Shown: positions 1 through 13,939 of the stretch, piece by piece
How positions within the stretch are numbered: the first letter of the stretch is position 1
Layout: every line of letters begins with the position of its first letter
Assembly (NCBI RefSeq): GCF_018350175.1
Contig: NC_058369.1
Coordinates: forward strand, 23,934,001 to 23,998,000
From: Felis catus
Lineage: Eukaryota
Direction of reading: 5' to 3'
DNA length: 64,000 nt
Notes under the pieces: model-generated
What the model was told of the DNA's origin: nothing
Databases searched by the model: none
What the model saw: the letters and a program-made list of their open reading frames with translations, nothing else
Position numbers and translations under genes: made by a program

Positions 1-15
1 CATAAGTTGTTGTAA

Positions 16-93
16 TATTTGTTTGAATCACATAAAAATGCCAATATTTCACCATTTTTGACCTAGGAAAACAGCAATATAGTTCAGTATAAT
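16..93. mobile_element. MADE2-like mariner-derived miniature element
   Basis: tatttgtttgaatcacataaaaatgccaatatttcaccatttttgacctaggaaaacagcaatatagttca resembles the ~80-bp palindromic MADE2 consensus as recalled. Confidence 0.7.
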
Positions 94-99
94 CTTGCC

Positions 100-290
100 A
101 ACAGGCTAAGGTGATTTTCATTAACTCAAACATTCAGATCTGTGGCCTTTGAAGTGAGTTTTCATATAATTTGTTTTCTTTGTATTTCTATGTATTTTAT
201 TTTATGCATTTAAAAATATTCTGAGAAGAGGGCCAGGGTTTACCAGATTCCCAAGGGGATCTATGTCCCATAAAGGGTTAACAATCCCTG
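100..290. mobile_element. hAT-Charlie (MER-type) DNA transposon remnant
   Basis: Ends with ...ttctgagaagagggccagggtttaccagattcccaaggggatctatgtcccataaagggttaacaatccctg, typical of Charlie-family termini. Subfamily uncertain. Confidence 0.45.
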
Positions 291-3200
291 ACTGATTTGA
301 GTCTATCAAGTGATTTGCACAGAGTCTGAATTGGACAACTCAGTGTGAACTTGCACTGACAGTTTAGATAGGGATATTCTGGCAAAAAAAAGTAAGGTAC
401 AACTGATCATTATAGCTGGGTCTTCTCTTGTAAAATTTATCTGTGCTTATTAATCACTACACAATCTAGCAATTGCTCCTGGTAATAAACTTCTCTTTTC
501 CCTACATAACTTGAGAAATACTATTTTTATATTCATTAAACTTCCTCCCGGTTCCAGTAGAAAAGCGAAGTTGATGTCCCTTTTTATGCTAATGAAGAAG
601 GAAAGTCAAGTCAAGGGACCCCCAGGCATCCACAAATGGGTTTCAAGGGGTCTAGCCAGTCTTTGAAATTCAAAGAAGAATGTTGTGGGTATGTGTGTAA
701 GTATATTTCTCTGGATGGAAGCCCTAGCATTCATTATAACATTTTTGAGCCCCAAAGTCACTGCCATAGGGAAACTCTAGGCACAGAGCGATGCTATGAT
801 TTGTCAGTCACAAAACAAAATAGGAGGTTTCCCTAAAATGCAGCCCACAGCCCCTGTTGACCGCTTAGTCTAAATGACTGTAAAATCACTTTCCTTGCAG
901 GGAAGTTTATTTCATTTTGCATTTAAAACCCCAAACATGTATACATTTAGTTTGTTTCAAATCCATTCATGGAGGGTTTTACATTTTAAAGAAGAAAGAA
1001 AAAAGGAAAGCCACTGCCACCAAAATCTACCACTATTTTCTTAACAGTGAAATGTGGTCTAATGCAAATCACTTTTAGCAAATTAAATATATTAAAAAGT
1101 GGTAATTAATTATGATTGAAACAGACAGGAGTTGTAGGTTGAAAATATACACTGCCAATATCACTACTGTGCCTCGTCCACCATAGGAATAAAAAGGAGC
1201 TCCCAGATGTCCAGGGTTATTAAAAACCAGATGTTGAGATCGACGTCTTGTATGCTGGTGAATAAAGTAAAGAAATATGACAGTCCAATATAAACTTTGC
1301 TAACATTTAACATGGCAGAAATGTGGATAAATTCCTTTAGTGAACTCAGAATATTATGCATTTTTTTTCAGGTTTTTTTGTTTTTAAAGTTGAAAGTTTT
1401 TAACTGAAAATAGAAGGGGAGGTGGTGGCCATTTCTGGTCTCTCTAATCTTCAAAGCTTAAACATGAATTGACCCTAATCACCAAGTGATCTGGGTCAGA
1501 GTGAGTGTCCGCTTGGGGAATAAAAAACAAAAATGCAGGAGCTAATCAGAGGGGGAGCTCCAAGTATTTCCAAACGTTCACAGCTGTCTGACTCCTGCAC
1601 TGCCTACATCTTTGTATGCAAATATTAATTTGTTCAGCAACCTTACTGCACAGAAATATAAATTTGGGAGCCAAAAAATAAGAAACAGATAAATGTCACT
1701 TGAACCCTAACTTCATGCCAAGTTATTTAGAAATTCTTGGGACTTTCAAAATGCATCTATCAGGCCTGGGAGAGTCTGTTTCCTTGTTTCTCTGTTTCCA
1801 AATCTACTTCTCATTGGCTTTTCTGGATGTCGCCTGGTGTTTGCTCCCTCGCGTGTCCTTCTTGAGTGACTGCTATGCCAGGAGTTGCCAAAATATCTGG
1901 ATGGGAAGAAAGCCTCTATTCCATCAGTCCTCTGTGTACTTTTTTCCACAGCATCTGGGGATGGGAATATCCAAGGTGGGCTACAGACCAGAGCACAGTG
2001 ACCATAAAACACAGCAAATTTGGAAGAGCTGGGAGGCTTAGCTATCAAATAACCTCAGGATGAATCTATAGCTCCAGAGATTATATGGGGTCTCGATGGA
2101 AATCCTGCAGTACCAGATGCTGGGCCCTAATGGGATTCTCTAAATACTAAGATAAAACAAAATTCCTCACTGGATGGGCCGCTCACAGGGCTATGTTGAT
2201 GACAAGATCTAAGGACAAAGGAACGAGCCATCATTGACAAGACAGGTGACTTCCTTTTGCTGGGGGGGGGGAGGCATTTGTTAGCCCCAACAAAGAAGCT
2301 CTGGGAAGGAACTCTATAATATGACATGATAAATGGCCCAGTGTAAACTTTTAGTTGGTCTCTATTTTCAAGTATTGGCTACAACCAGCAGGCAAGCCCT
2401 AGCTTATCACTGAATAGTTTTTCAAAAACACCTGCAATTAGAATTAACAGTTAGCTTTTTTTCTTGAAATTGGAGGACTAGGTCCCTAAAGGGGACCTTA
2501 CTGTCACACCTGTCCTAACTGAAAATGAGAGTAAAATTATGGAAGCATCACTTTTAAATCAGCCCACTGCCTCTGTGAGAATTCATCTAGCTGTCTCTGC
2601 CAGAAAGTTCACCTTGGCTCTCTTGAGGGAAGGGATGCAAACAGATTGTCCTGATTCTAACAGGGTCTGGTGTATACAGTCACCAGACCTATCCCTACCC
2701 TACTTCAGTACATGCCTTCTCTGAACTTTCTGGAAACATCAAGCCCAAGGATTCTGCAAACTTTGGCTGCACAAGTCCTGGAAGCAGGACTAGAGTATGG
2801 GATTTATGATGTGCCCTGTGTCTGGGTTCAACCAAAGCAAATCTTCTTGGCATTTCCAACTATGGGCTTGGCCAGAGCCAGGGAAGACAAACACATGTGT
2901 AAAGGAAACCTATGGGTATGAATCTGGAAAACAGGGACACCTAGCCTTGTCAGAGCACTAGTAAGTTTACTCTCAGGGTCAAGTCCATATCTTCTCTCTG
3001 GAGACCTTCCATCCATGCCTCTCACCTTCCCTGCCTATGGATGGATGTCTCTATTCAGGTGATGAGGTCAGGAATGCCTGTAAACTCTTACATGATCTGT
3101 ATTTGTTATAGCCTGTATCTGTTACCTTTGCAGACCCCAAAGAAGAAGACAGTCCTATCTAGGTCCAGATACCTTCTTTGTGCCCGGTTACAATATAAAT

Positions 3201-6174
3201 GTTAGCTTATTTCCGACCTGGACTAGAAATGAGCCCGCATGTATTAGCACCTGTGCAAGGTTTGAGCAAGGCCGCTTTCTGTGTTTCTTCACTGAGTCTC
3301 CCCACAGCCCCATGACACAGGCTTGGGGAGGCTTCGTGCAGATATGGAAAGGAAGTCTCAGGAAAAAAGATCAGGTAGCTCACCACAGGACACCTGGCTA
3401 GGAGCTGTGGAGCCAGGGTCAAATTCCAGTCTGTCTGACCACAAAGGTATACCCTTCTGACATGTGAACTCTGAAGCCACAGAAAGAAGAGCTCATGTTG
3501 ACCCCAAAGCCATTTGTTGGTTCTGCTTTTCTCAGCTCTGAAGTACTTTGGACTTTGTACTGCCCTCTTTGCGAGCTATTGAAGGTCCTGGTTGGAGTGG
3601 GATGGCACAACTTAGATATGGTCTCTCTGGTTCTTCAAAGAAAGAGAACCTCACATGCACACAGTACCTGTCCCTTAAATGGGCTTATATCAGCAGCACC
3701 CCAACAAATTTCAAGGTCCCTAAGGGGAAAAGGAGAGCCTTCACTCACTTCATATGGCCTCACAATGTCTCAGATGTGGGAATTTAACAAATTATTTCCA
3801 AATGAGTAAGTATATAGGATCAGTTTCTTTCTTTTCTGAATGACTCAACTCCTCTGAGACAGAAGGCTGCCTAGATTCCAGAGTTCCTTAGAGTTGCCAA
3901 GATTGTGTTTACTTGTTTCTCCTAAGAATGGCTCCTTCCTCCTTTGCACTACACCAGCCACTTTCCTGGTTTATTCTTCCAACCCCAGTTGGTGAAAGCT
4001 GACTGTCACTGGTTGAGCAGGAACTTGACAGGAGAGGTTAGTACTTTAAAAGACACACCAGGGTATTCCTCAAGGGAGAGGCAGAGACTAGAAGCCTGTG
4101 CTGTCTGGGGTGGTTCTTCTCAGCAAGTTCAACTCACAGGGATACCCTGAGGAGGGCAACCATCTGAGTCCTTTGCTAAGCCATCAAAAAACATTACAGA
4201 ATTTGGCGAGGGGCAGTGGTTGGCTTTCTCCTTCACTTCTAATGAAGTATCTTCAGGCATTTTCTTGATTTGGCGGGGGAGGGGGGAGGCTTCATTGTGG
4301 GGCAACCTGAAGAAACTAGTTTTCTATTTCCTTCAAACAAAAGTAATTCTGACAAATCAGTCTTTTGTACATGGCACCAGATCTCTCAGCTGAAAGATGC
4401 AAGATACCCAGCTGTAGATGGAAATACTGGAAGGCTCTACGTTGGCCAACAATATTGTTTCAGAGCCCAAAGTCAACATCTGTTAAAAGCTGAGCCACTG
4501 CCAGATAGTCATAAAAAAGGGGTGAGGGTGGAGACAGGCTTTATATTTGCTCCCTCATCCATCAGTCATTAACACTTGGCTTTGTTAAATACAGTGAAAA
4601 CTGTGTTTTTAACACGATTCTGGTTCTGCTATTTTCTGGCTAGTGGGCAACCAAATCCCCTAGTTTCTTGACTCGTCATTTCTTCAGCTGCCTCAAAAAG
4701 AAAATGGGATCATATCCTGACCCTGACACTTCACAGGGTGCCGACTGAATTAAATTGGAGAATGTAAATTAAACCACTTTGTAGATGTTACAAATATATA
4801 CGAATATAACTAGGCACACCATCCCTGTTGTTAGCATCTGGTAAGTTTACTACTGTTGCAACAAATTATTTGACATTGCACTAAGGCCAAAGGCCAAAGG
4901 GTAGGTGTGAAAAGGACCTGATAGTGTATAAAACCATCCGTACACATTTTAGCATCTCAGGGGGTGTTCACAGCTGGAGGCTAATCAGATCATTCATTCA
5001 TATAGGGATGCTGAAACAATTTTTAAAGTGCTATTGTTGTATAAGTAAGGTAGTTTTCAGAATGTGTGCGTGTGCCCTATAAGTTAAAAAGATGTTTCCA
5101 ATTCTCCTTCCTCTGCTGTTCCCTTATCTTCAGGGTGCTGCAAGTGCCTGGTGTGTGTAAGTCAAACGTGATCCTTATGACATCAGTTCAAGAAAAAAAG
5201 AGAAGCAATGGTGTTTAGCAACAGAAAATGGATTTCCCGGCTTCCAGACATTTCAAGGTTGGCCACCTCCTTTCAATGGGGGAGCCTAAGGGCTGCCTCT
5301 TAGACAAATGTGACTGGATTAAAGCAGCAAGTTGAAAAGGAATCAACCCTCCAATGTTGCCAAGATGAGTTACATCTACAAGCTGGGGAGTGCAGGCTGT
5401 GTCTGAAAACCCCTGTTGACTCAAAGGATACTGCAACAAATCTTTTAATGAAACCCTAATACTGCAAACAAGATTTAAAACTAAGAGGAATCAGTAAAAG
5501 GGGGGATGAAAACTTTACCCCAAATAGAGTAAGACTGAAATCTTCCACAGGCTCAAATCTTCTGTAAGGAAAAATCCTTTTCTAACAGGAGGATCCTGCC
5601 GCATTAAGCAGCTCTGCCTTTTTCCCAGGCGTGAAGACGCTGCCTGGCAAGGTTTACCAAATCGTGCCCTCATGTGCTTACATGTCAGGAATTAACATCA
5701 CACCCAGATTAAAGAGCATTGGTGACAACCTGCTCATCTGCAAAGCTAGCTTCCCAGGGGCTGTCACCCTGCCTCCCTTGCTCTCCTGTGGCTTGTGATG
5801 GTTGGGTGAGCTCACAACTGCTGGAGGAGGAAGGAGCCGTTAAATGCTCTCCCAGCAATGGTGCAGAGGTTTGTCCTCATGTCCCTTTTTACCTGTGGCC
5901 TCCCAGGGTCATTCTAGAGCTTCTGCTCTTAAAAACAAGCAAACACATAAGCCACCACCTTTATGTCCCAATGGTGAGAAACCACACATTCCTCCTGACT
6001 TGTGTTTCAGTAGCTTTGGGGATTTTTCATTGTCTTTGAGGGATAAAGAAAAAAGTGACATCTGAGCCATCTTTCTATTTCATCTACTTGAAAAAACCTG
6101 TTGGGTTTTAAACAGCATCTTCCAATCCACTGGTGATAAAAGGAGTACCAGCAAAGAGGCAAATAATCACAAGA

Positions 6175-6340
6175 AAAAAAAGAATTTGTGAAAAAAAATA
6201 TGTGTGGTGGTGGATGTTGACTAAACTTACTGTGCTAATCACTTCACAATACATACCTATATCAAATCATTATGTTATACGCCCCAAACAAATATAATGT
6301 TAAATGTGTTATACCTCAGTTTTTAATTTCTAAAAAGAAA
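6175..6340 (+). mobile_element. L1 3' end fragment (L1MA/MB or carnivore type)
   Basis: ggatgttgactaaacttactgtgctaatcacttcacaatacatacctatatcaaatcattatgttatac... followed by an A-rich end is the typical L1 3'UTR terminus. Confidence 0.7.
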
Positions 6341-9300
6341 AGAGACAAGTGGCTCACAAAATTTATTTCAAAATGCATCCCAGGGTATCTTTGGCTCTGT
6401 GACGGGACCAGCCCAAGAGTGGGAATGGCTGAAATCTCTGAACCCTTCTCCCAACCAATAAACATCAGCCCAACAAGAGTCTTCTTCATAGGGTTTTGAA
6501 TTTGAAGGCTTCATCCCTAGATGAAACCAAAACCCAACACTTTGTCCAAGAAGTGGGCCATGAAATTAGGTCTGCAAAGTAAAAAACCTGATTGTTTCTT
6601 ATTCAGACTGGCTTCAGGTATACTAACTTGAATGGGAAACCAATAATAAAAACCTAAGATATGTAACTTTTCTTGTTAGGTTACTGTCATGGGGAACTCA
6701 AAATTTCTACTTTTCTCCATTGTTCTGTAACTATACTTTAGTAAGCTCTGATACATGGTAGTTAATTTTTCTTCTATGTAGGAAACATGAAAACCTATTT
6801 ACACACACGTATATATGTATATATAATGTAGATTCAAACATGTACTCAGGGGAAGTTAGGGAGAGAAATTTCTAGTTAAACATGATCTTGAGAAATTCTT
6901 CCATATGTGGAAAAGTCCTCAGTTCGTCTGACATATAGCGATACATACATATATACACACAGGACACTATGTATACATTTATCCCACATTCATTTAACCT
7001 CAAAACATAAAATAAATTCTTTTTTTCCTCCCTAAGCAAAAGCTAGGAATAACAACTCTATATACAGAATCCATCTTCGGAGGGCAACAGAGTAAGTTAA
7101 ACCCCTTGTCTGTTTGTTAGAATTCAAAGGGCTGCACTTTGGCTAATCTGTTGGTGAAAGTACAAGGCAAAAGCAGGGGCATCAATCACAAACCCCATCC
7201 ACCATTTCCCAGAGAGGGGCTGTGGGCAGGGGGGAATCCAAGGGCCTTGCGTTGGCTTTCTGAGAAGTAATAGGGCCTGGGGAGGGGCTGCCGTGACAGC
7301 TTCATTCTCCTGATGGACAATGAGACTCCACCAACTCCTTATTGACCAAACATGAAATGCAGGCCTCTGGGACGAGGAGGCACTGGAGGAGGGGGAGAGC
7401 AGAGGGCTTTTACCACACATGTCTGGGGCTAAGAAATACCTGGGATTTAGAAATGTTATCACTGGCCTCTGGCCACTACCCTCAATGAGGACCTAATTGT
7501 AGGGATGGTTAGCAATTCCTACATGAAGGCTCTGCAGGACACTGACTAATTCTATCTGAGAGCAGGTACCCAAGGCTCAGGTGTGTGCAGCATGGACAGA
7601 GGTGGGAGGACAGGAGGGCAAGAATGCTGTTTTTATTTTGAGCTAACTCTACCTTATGGCTTTTTTGTCTGTAAGAAGAGGGAAGAGGGGAGATGTTTGG
7701 AGACAAGAAATCTCAAAATCAAGGTAGCAAGGGTTATAGCCTCTGTGAAGCAGAGTACAGGTGCAGTCAACATGGGTGGGACCACTAAGATCATTTCATT
7801 AAATCCTAAAATATAATCTGTATATCTGTCCCATATATACAGCCTGAAAAGAAGGCCGCATCTAGTTCTGGGTTCTTTAGTGACCAAGTTATTTGATAGC
7901 TTATGAGAAAATGACAAGTGTCTAAAGTAAAATTCTACGAGAATTTTCAGCAGAAAATTGAAGTGGACATTCAGTGTTCTGAATTGTGTCCAGTCGTATG
8001 AACTCAAGTCTTGGCTGAGAGCTAACATGTACCAGGACCACACAGTATCCAGGGGCAACAGAGAAAGAACCACAGTTCACTATTTATATTTGCAGACAAA
8101 TTTTGGAAATTGCTAAGTGGAGTGAGCAATATTTAGGATTAAGGCAACCAATTTTCAGGGAAGAGATTAACAGAGTGGACACCCTAAAGTTAAGGATGCA
8201 AAATGGAAAAACCAGCTTCTGCCACAGTAAGATCACTATCTTAAAGTGTGCCCAGAGTCCTGGCAGATCTGGTAGCAGCCCCTGGCCCACTGAAGCATCC
8301 TATGCTTTGCTCTGGAAACCAGAGCCTTGCCCCTGCCTTGCCCCAGGTCCTTGCATGTGCAGAGATCCATAAGTGAGTAAGCAAGGGAATGTGGGTCCTG
8401 GCAGTGCCCTGCTAAGGGCCCTCTGTAACCCAGAACAATTCCCCTCCCTCTCTGTACCATGCTCTCCACTGCTTGAGGGTCTCACTGTGGTAATTCTGTG
8501 GCAGCGGGAGAGTTGTAGAAAGCTAGGGTAATTCCCTGGCACAGGGACAGCAAGAATAAAGAGTAAAGGGGAACAGGTGAAAGGGGAGGAAATGAAAAGA
8601 TAAAGGCACACAACAGAAGAATGGAAATAAAGACAATGGGGGCCGGGGGGAATGGAAACAGAGCTGATGAAATGACATTTTATTTCAAGTTTGGAAATTA
8701 AATTTGAAAAGGATAAAATTTACCGTAATTCAGTGGGAAAAAGGAACAAGAGCACATTTGTACTCTAGAAAAAGCTGATGTTATAGGCATGCAACCGTAT
8801 TTAATATATGTGGTTGCATAAATACACCCATACTGACAGCCAAAGAGGTTTGCCACCAATGTACAGCAGTCAGAGACTCAGGACCTCATTGTAGGCCTGC
8901 TGATTGTCAGGTGTGTGACTCTAAATAATTAACAACATCCCTGAGCTCCAGCTTCTTTACATGTACAATGGGGATACTTTCATCTGCACTTCCCATTTTC
9001 CAAAGGTACCAAGGGAATAATTCCTTCAACAGACATTTATTGAGTGCCTACTATGGGCCAGGCAGGTGTGAATATGCTTTGCAATACATAACAAAGAGTA
9101 TGAATGGAACGTGCAATTCAACCACATTTTTCCATAATAATTTAAGAAGTATTATGTTTCCATGCTCTTGAACTCTGTAGCTTTCCTTTTAGAAGTAGGA
9201 TTTCCATAAGTAAAATGTGAAATTTAAATTTTAAATTGGTCTTCAAAGTAGTCAAAAGTCCTTGAGCTTCCCAACTCCTGTGTGTGAGGGAGAGAGAAGA

Positions 9301-10432
9301 AAGGCAAGTTCTGGGCTTGGAAAGTGGCCATATATTCTGAGGTTTCCAGACTAGAAATGTTTAAGATTTTACTGTTTAGGCTCCTACAAATGAGAATCAG
9401 AGTGAGACTCTTTAACAAATGGAAGCATATTTTGCACACACAAAAAAATAGTGTGATCTAGGTCCTTAAAGATCCAATGCCCAACCTAAGAGCCAGGCAC
9501 AGGAATGTGAGTTCTGGATGCCAAAGGGCAGCCTGAACAAGGCCTGGCATTTTGAGGTGGCTGGAGTGTGGAGTTCACTCTGATGATTTTCTGCATACCT
9601 GGAAGCCACTAGAAGGAGATTAATAAAATACGACTTTTTTGTAGGACAATAAAAATCATACGATGTTTAGAAAAGTAGTAAAAAGACTTGACATAATTGA
9701 CATGGCAAAGAAAGACAGTACTTATAGAAAATAACAGATACTGATGACAGGTACATAGGGCATTTAGGAGAAGTTGAGTTTCCACTTAGCTTTTCTAAAA
9801 TCAGTCTTGGTAACCCCACTAAAAATAAAATCACAAATGTGGTTCCAGTCTGTCCCATCTATTCTTTGGTCCTTGTTGTTTCTCAAAGCTTATCAGTAGC
9901 TTATTGTACCCCCTTGTGCCCACTTCTTGGTTTGAAAAACTTCCTAAGGCATTATTACTGAAAAGTGTCTGAATGATCTACTTGGATATTTTCAGTGGCT
10001 ATGGCCATCATGGGGACAGGCCACCAGTTACCACCTACTCCTTTCTTGGGTAGGGGTCTAGGCTATTTATTGCACTGGTACACCCTACTGACTTATGTGA
10101 TCTCCAAATTGTCCCTTCCCCTCATAACACTCATTTTCAATTCCTGAAGGGCTGTGTATTTATGATTATCCTTGTTTTCCTGGATCCTGACCCTTATAAT
10201 GATTCCTTTAGTTCAGATCCACTGGGTTATTGGTGGGATAACTCATTCTCAGACATTATAGTCTTTATAAAGGTATCCCAAGAAATGAATGAAAGAGGCA
10301 CTCTCATTTTCTGGTATGCAGAGCACAGCAGAAATTGCCTCAAAACTCCACCTTCTGATGAAAAACCCTGCTGGAAACTGGATCACTTATGTTTTAAACC
10401 GGGTAGTCTGTTTCTTCACCTGATACTCTGAG

Positions 10433-10706
10433 AACAGTATTTTTCAGAGCACAGATGTTACTAGAAAAGAAAAGAAAAAAAAATTCTATGATCAAATAAG
10501 TCTGGGAAATGCTGGATTAAATAAAATTGGAGAGCTTTCTTTCTTATATGACTTTGTAGATCCTTTGATCTGCTAATTGCACCAAGACTCTCTAAAATTG
10601 AGTTATAATATGCAGCATTTTCCCAAAATTCTTTGCTCACTGAATCTTTGTTTCAAGACTTTCCTCCTGGGACTAATGTTCCAAAGGTTACTTTGGGAAA
10701 TGCTCG
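10433..10706. mobile_element. hAT-Charlie non-autonomous element (MER-type)
   Basis: Internal inverted motifs tgggaaatgctg / cagcattttcccaaa / tttgggaaatgct and overall resemblance to Charlie-derived MERs. Confidence 0.55.
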
Positions 10707-11669
10707 TCTAGACTTATAACCCTTGGATTCAGTTTCTCCTGAGGAGAAAGCAAAATCATTGTGAAGGAGAAAGGAATGGGGAAGAAATGGAAAAAGAATC
10801 TAATTCTGCAAGTACCGAGCAATACTTAAATTGAATTTCCTAAGGAAAAATGAATTTCTCTGGAAAAGTAGCAAAGTGACTGGTTTTCTTATATTTCTCT
10901 ATTTTCATGTGTTTTGATCTTTTTATAAAGCTCAAGAGACAATGGCAACATTTTGTAGCCTCTCTTACAGAAGACACTGTTGGTCAATTCTCAGGCCACA
11001 GGAAACTCATGGCTGGAATATTCGCAGGAACAGAATCAGGAATTGCTTGGAAGAGACCTCTCCCCTTTAAGCCGGTTCAGTTAACATGGGTACATTATGG
11101 ACATTTAGTTTAAATTTTATCCAAATCAATCATTGTTCACTTTCTCCCGAGATATACCTCCACTCCACACATATTAGTATACATGTTTGCACAATTTTGA
11201 ATAGAGTTTGTAATCATCTAGGAAAGACTTCCAAGCCTTCAGATGACTGTTACATTGTGGAACTTAGTTTACAACAACCCATATTTTGGTATATAAGCTG
11301 TTGGTGATTATAGCTGAAAGCACGGTTGTCCTAGACCTGGGACTCCTAGTCAAAAAGATCACCAGCCCAGAGGATGTTGCCATCTCCATCATTGGAGTCA
11401 ACCTACTCATGCCAGGTCTTCTTAGTCAACTCTCTTTTCTAATTGAAAGAGTGTATCAAGGAAGCCTTATACTTTTGCTGACTCCAATTTAAAACCACAA
11501 AGTTATCCTTCTGGTCAAGGGTGTCACTTTCAAGGTGAACTTCACTGAAGAGTTAATTCCTAAGTCATGGGCCCTTAGTTAAATCATAACTACCTTTTAA
11601 ATGGCAGGTTCTGATTGATATGATCCAGAAAAAAACTGAAAGAGACATCTGATAACCTAGATTTTTGTC

Positions 11670-11792
11670 TTCAGACTAGACAGCAAACTCCCTGAAGGCA
11701 GGGGTTCTGTCTTGTCCCTCATGTTCTTTCCCAAAGCCAGTGTAGAGGCTGGCATGGAATATGTGTTCCAAGTATTAGCTGAGCAAGCAAAT
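11670..11792 (+). mobile_element. L2 3' end fragment
   Basis: ctagacagcaaactccctgaaggcaggggttctgtcttgt...gctggcatggaatatgtgttccaagtattagctga matches the L2 tail pattern. Confidence 0.55.
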
Positions 11793-13939
11793 AATCAGAA
11801 GCAGGGCCCAACCTAGTCAGTCCACTACCTCCACCCCCCAGTGAGGGCTTGGGTTTCTCATTTGTAGAAGAGGTTATCTGCCTCTATGTCCATGGGTCAC
11901 TTAGAGTGGTCACTGAGATGAAGGATGTGAGAGTGGAAGACCATCACCATCTTCCTAACAGTATGATGACAAAGCTCCTGATGACACATCTTAGCCAGAC
12001 ACACCTTGAGGGATGCTAACTCTTCTGGAAAGGGCATTGCCCCAGAGCAATGACTTCTGTCCTATGACAACCTCTACTGTTTGTTGGTGGACAAACATAA
12101 CAGGGTCAACCAAGCTGGTGAGACCTCTATTTTGTGATTAAAGATCTCTGGAAAAACAGCAAGAGACTGGCTTTTGTGAGAAATATCATTGACAAAGGCG
12201 ATAAATTTGATCTGGTATCTGGTTTCTAGCAGGACATATTAGCATACGTGTCTCTGTGATGAAACAAGCCTGTTTGTTACCTCAGCAGGTCTTTGTGTGA
12301 CTCACTCCCCTAATTTGGCTCCAAATCCTTCTTTCTGCCTTATGGTGCTCTCTTTTCCTCTCTCTAGGGGAAAGCCCAGGGCGGCCTTCTAGCACCAATG
12401 AAACCTCACACTTACCCCTTCTGGGAGCAGGTCAAGGAGCAAAGGGCAGTATGGAAAAAGGCAGGGACCAAGAATAAGAATGAAGATGTTTAATTAGTAG
12501 GATGTCAGGTATACTAGGTTGGGTGACTGTGGTAGGGATGGCAAGGGATGAGAATTGAAAAAATAAAGCTAAATCAAAGCAAAACCACAGGCATACAAGA
12601 TAATGACATGAAATTTATCTCTCTCTGTATACTTTGCTGATTGCCCAATTAAGAACCATTTTTGAGAGCTAATAACAGGAACTGGTGCCTTTCTGCACTT
12701 GGCTTCAGAAATCTAGATGTCCTATAAGAACATCTGCAGTGTTGAGGACTCTGAGGGCAAATGCTTCTGGGTAAAAGGGTAGGGCCAAGCTGGGCTGGGG
12801 GCAGAGGGCCTCCTGGTTGGAGCTACTTCACTGCACAGCTCCAGGGAGCTCTTCTTATGTAGCATGCCATATAAATGGCTCTGCCGGAGTTGTACTCCTG
12901 GTAAAACATCTTGGAGACTTAGCAATCTTAACTTCTCCTTTGGGATGCTAGTGACATGAGATGAAAAGGAAACAGAGCCGTCCGGAAAAAAAAAAAAGTT
13001 GTAGAGGCATAATAAGCACCTCCTCCTCCAACAAACAGTTAAACGCTCTTCACACAGGTAATTCTAATAAGCCCTCCCCCTTCACATATCCAGAAACATA
13101 TAACAAAGGCATTCATACTTATCCAGATGATTCTATTCCATTACCTATGGCCCCATCGCTCTTGAAATTTATTGTGTAAGTTATACTAGGATTACACACA
13201 CAAGAAGCTCAGAGTACCATAAAGGAGAAAATACTATTAATATTGATTATATAACCTGCTAGTTTGCATCTAATTTCATAATGTCTATGAAATTCACCTT
13301 CAGGAGTTTTAATCCTAAACACTGTAAATAGTTTTTATATTTGCTGGGTGAATGCAAATATCATGGAAGACCACAGGAGATTTTTGTTTTTGTCAATCCT
13401 TCTTTTAACTTGCTTTGCTTAGTCAAGGGAGAAGATAGGGTCCAAATCAAATAAACCAGACCCTTTGACTTCACCAGCTAAAATGCAAGCAAAACTGATT
13501 TCTCTTCATGTTGTTTTACCCCACAGTTAATTTGTATCACTAAGGAATTTTCTAGGAAAGTACTCAGCAAACTCAAGGCTTCTCTGGTTGCCAAGCTCAT
13601 GGAAACGAAGTGCTTTCTCTTAAAACTCTGAAAGAGACATTCCAAAGTAACCCACCATTAGATACTGAGCCAGCAATAGACTTCATATCTATGAAAATAG
13701 AAAGGAGGGGAGGAAAGAAAATGCATAACATAAACAAGAACAGACAAAACCTTAAAGAGGAAGGAGAAAGGAAAACATTTAGACTCCTTGAGTGATGGAA
13801 ATAAATACCAAAGCTATTAGTTTCAGTTCAAAGGACATATCACTTTATGCTGTTTATTATTTCTTGAGGATTATTTATTTTATCTTAAAATATCCAAAGG
13901 GTAAAAGGGGTCCTGGAGGTAAGCGGCAGTGAAACTGAC

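Larger units (their letters stand above)
1..13939 (-). other. ERC2: ERC2 intron following the poly-His exon (runs off the window)
   Basis: Starts at donor GTCAGT. No DDEEGIWA-coding sequence was seen within the window. Confidence 0.8.

Noticed and set aside
1164..1361. 65-aa hydrophobic ORF as the missing ERC2 terminal exon
   Set aside because: It does not encode DDEEGIWA or the ELKS-type alternative tail, and no supporting acceptor was identified.
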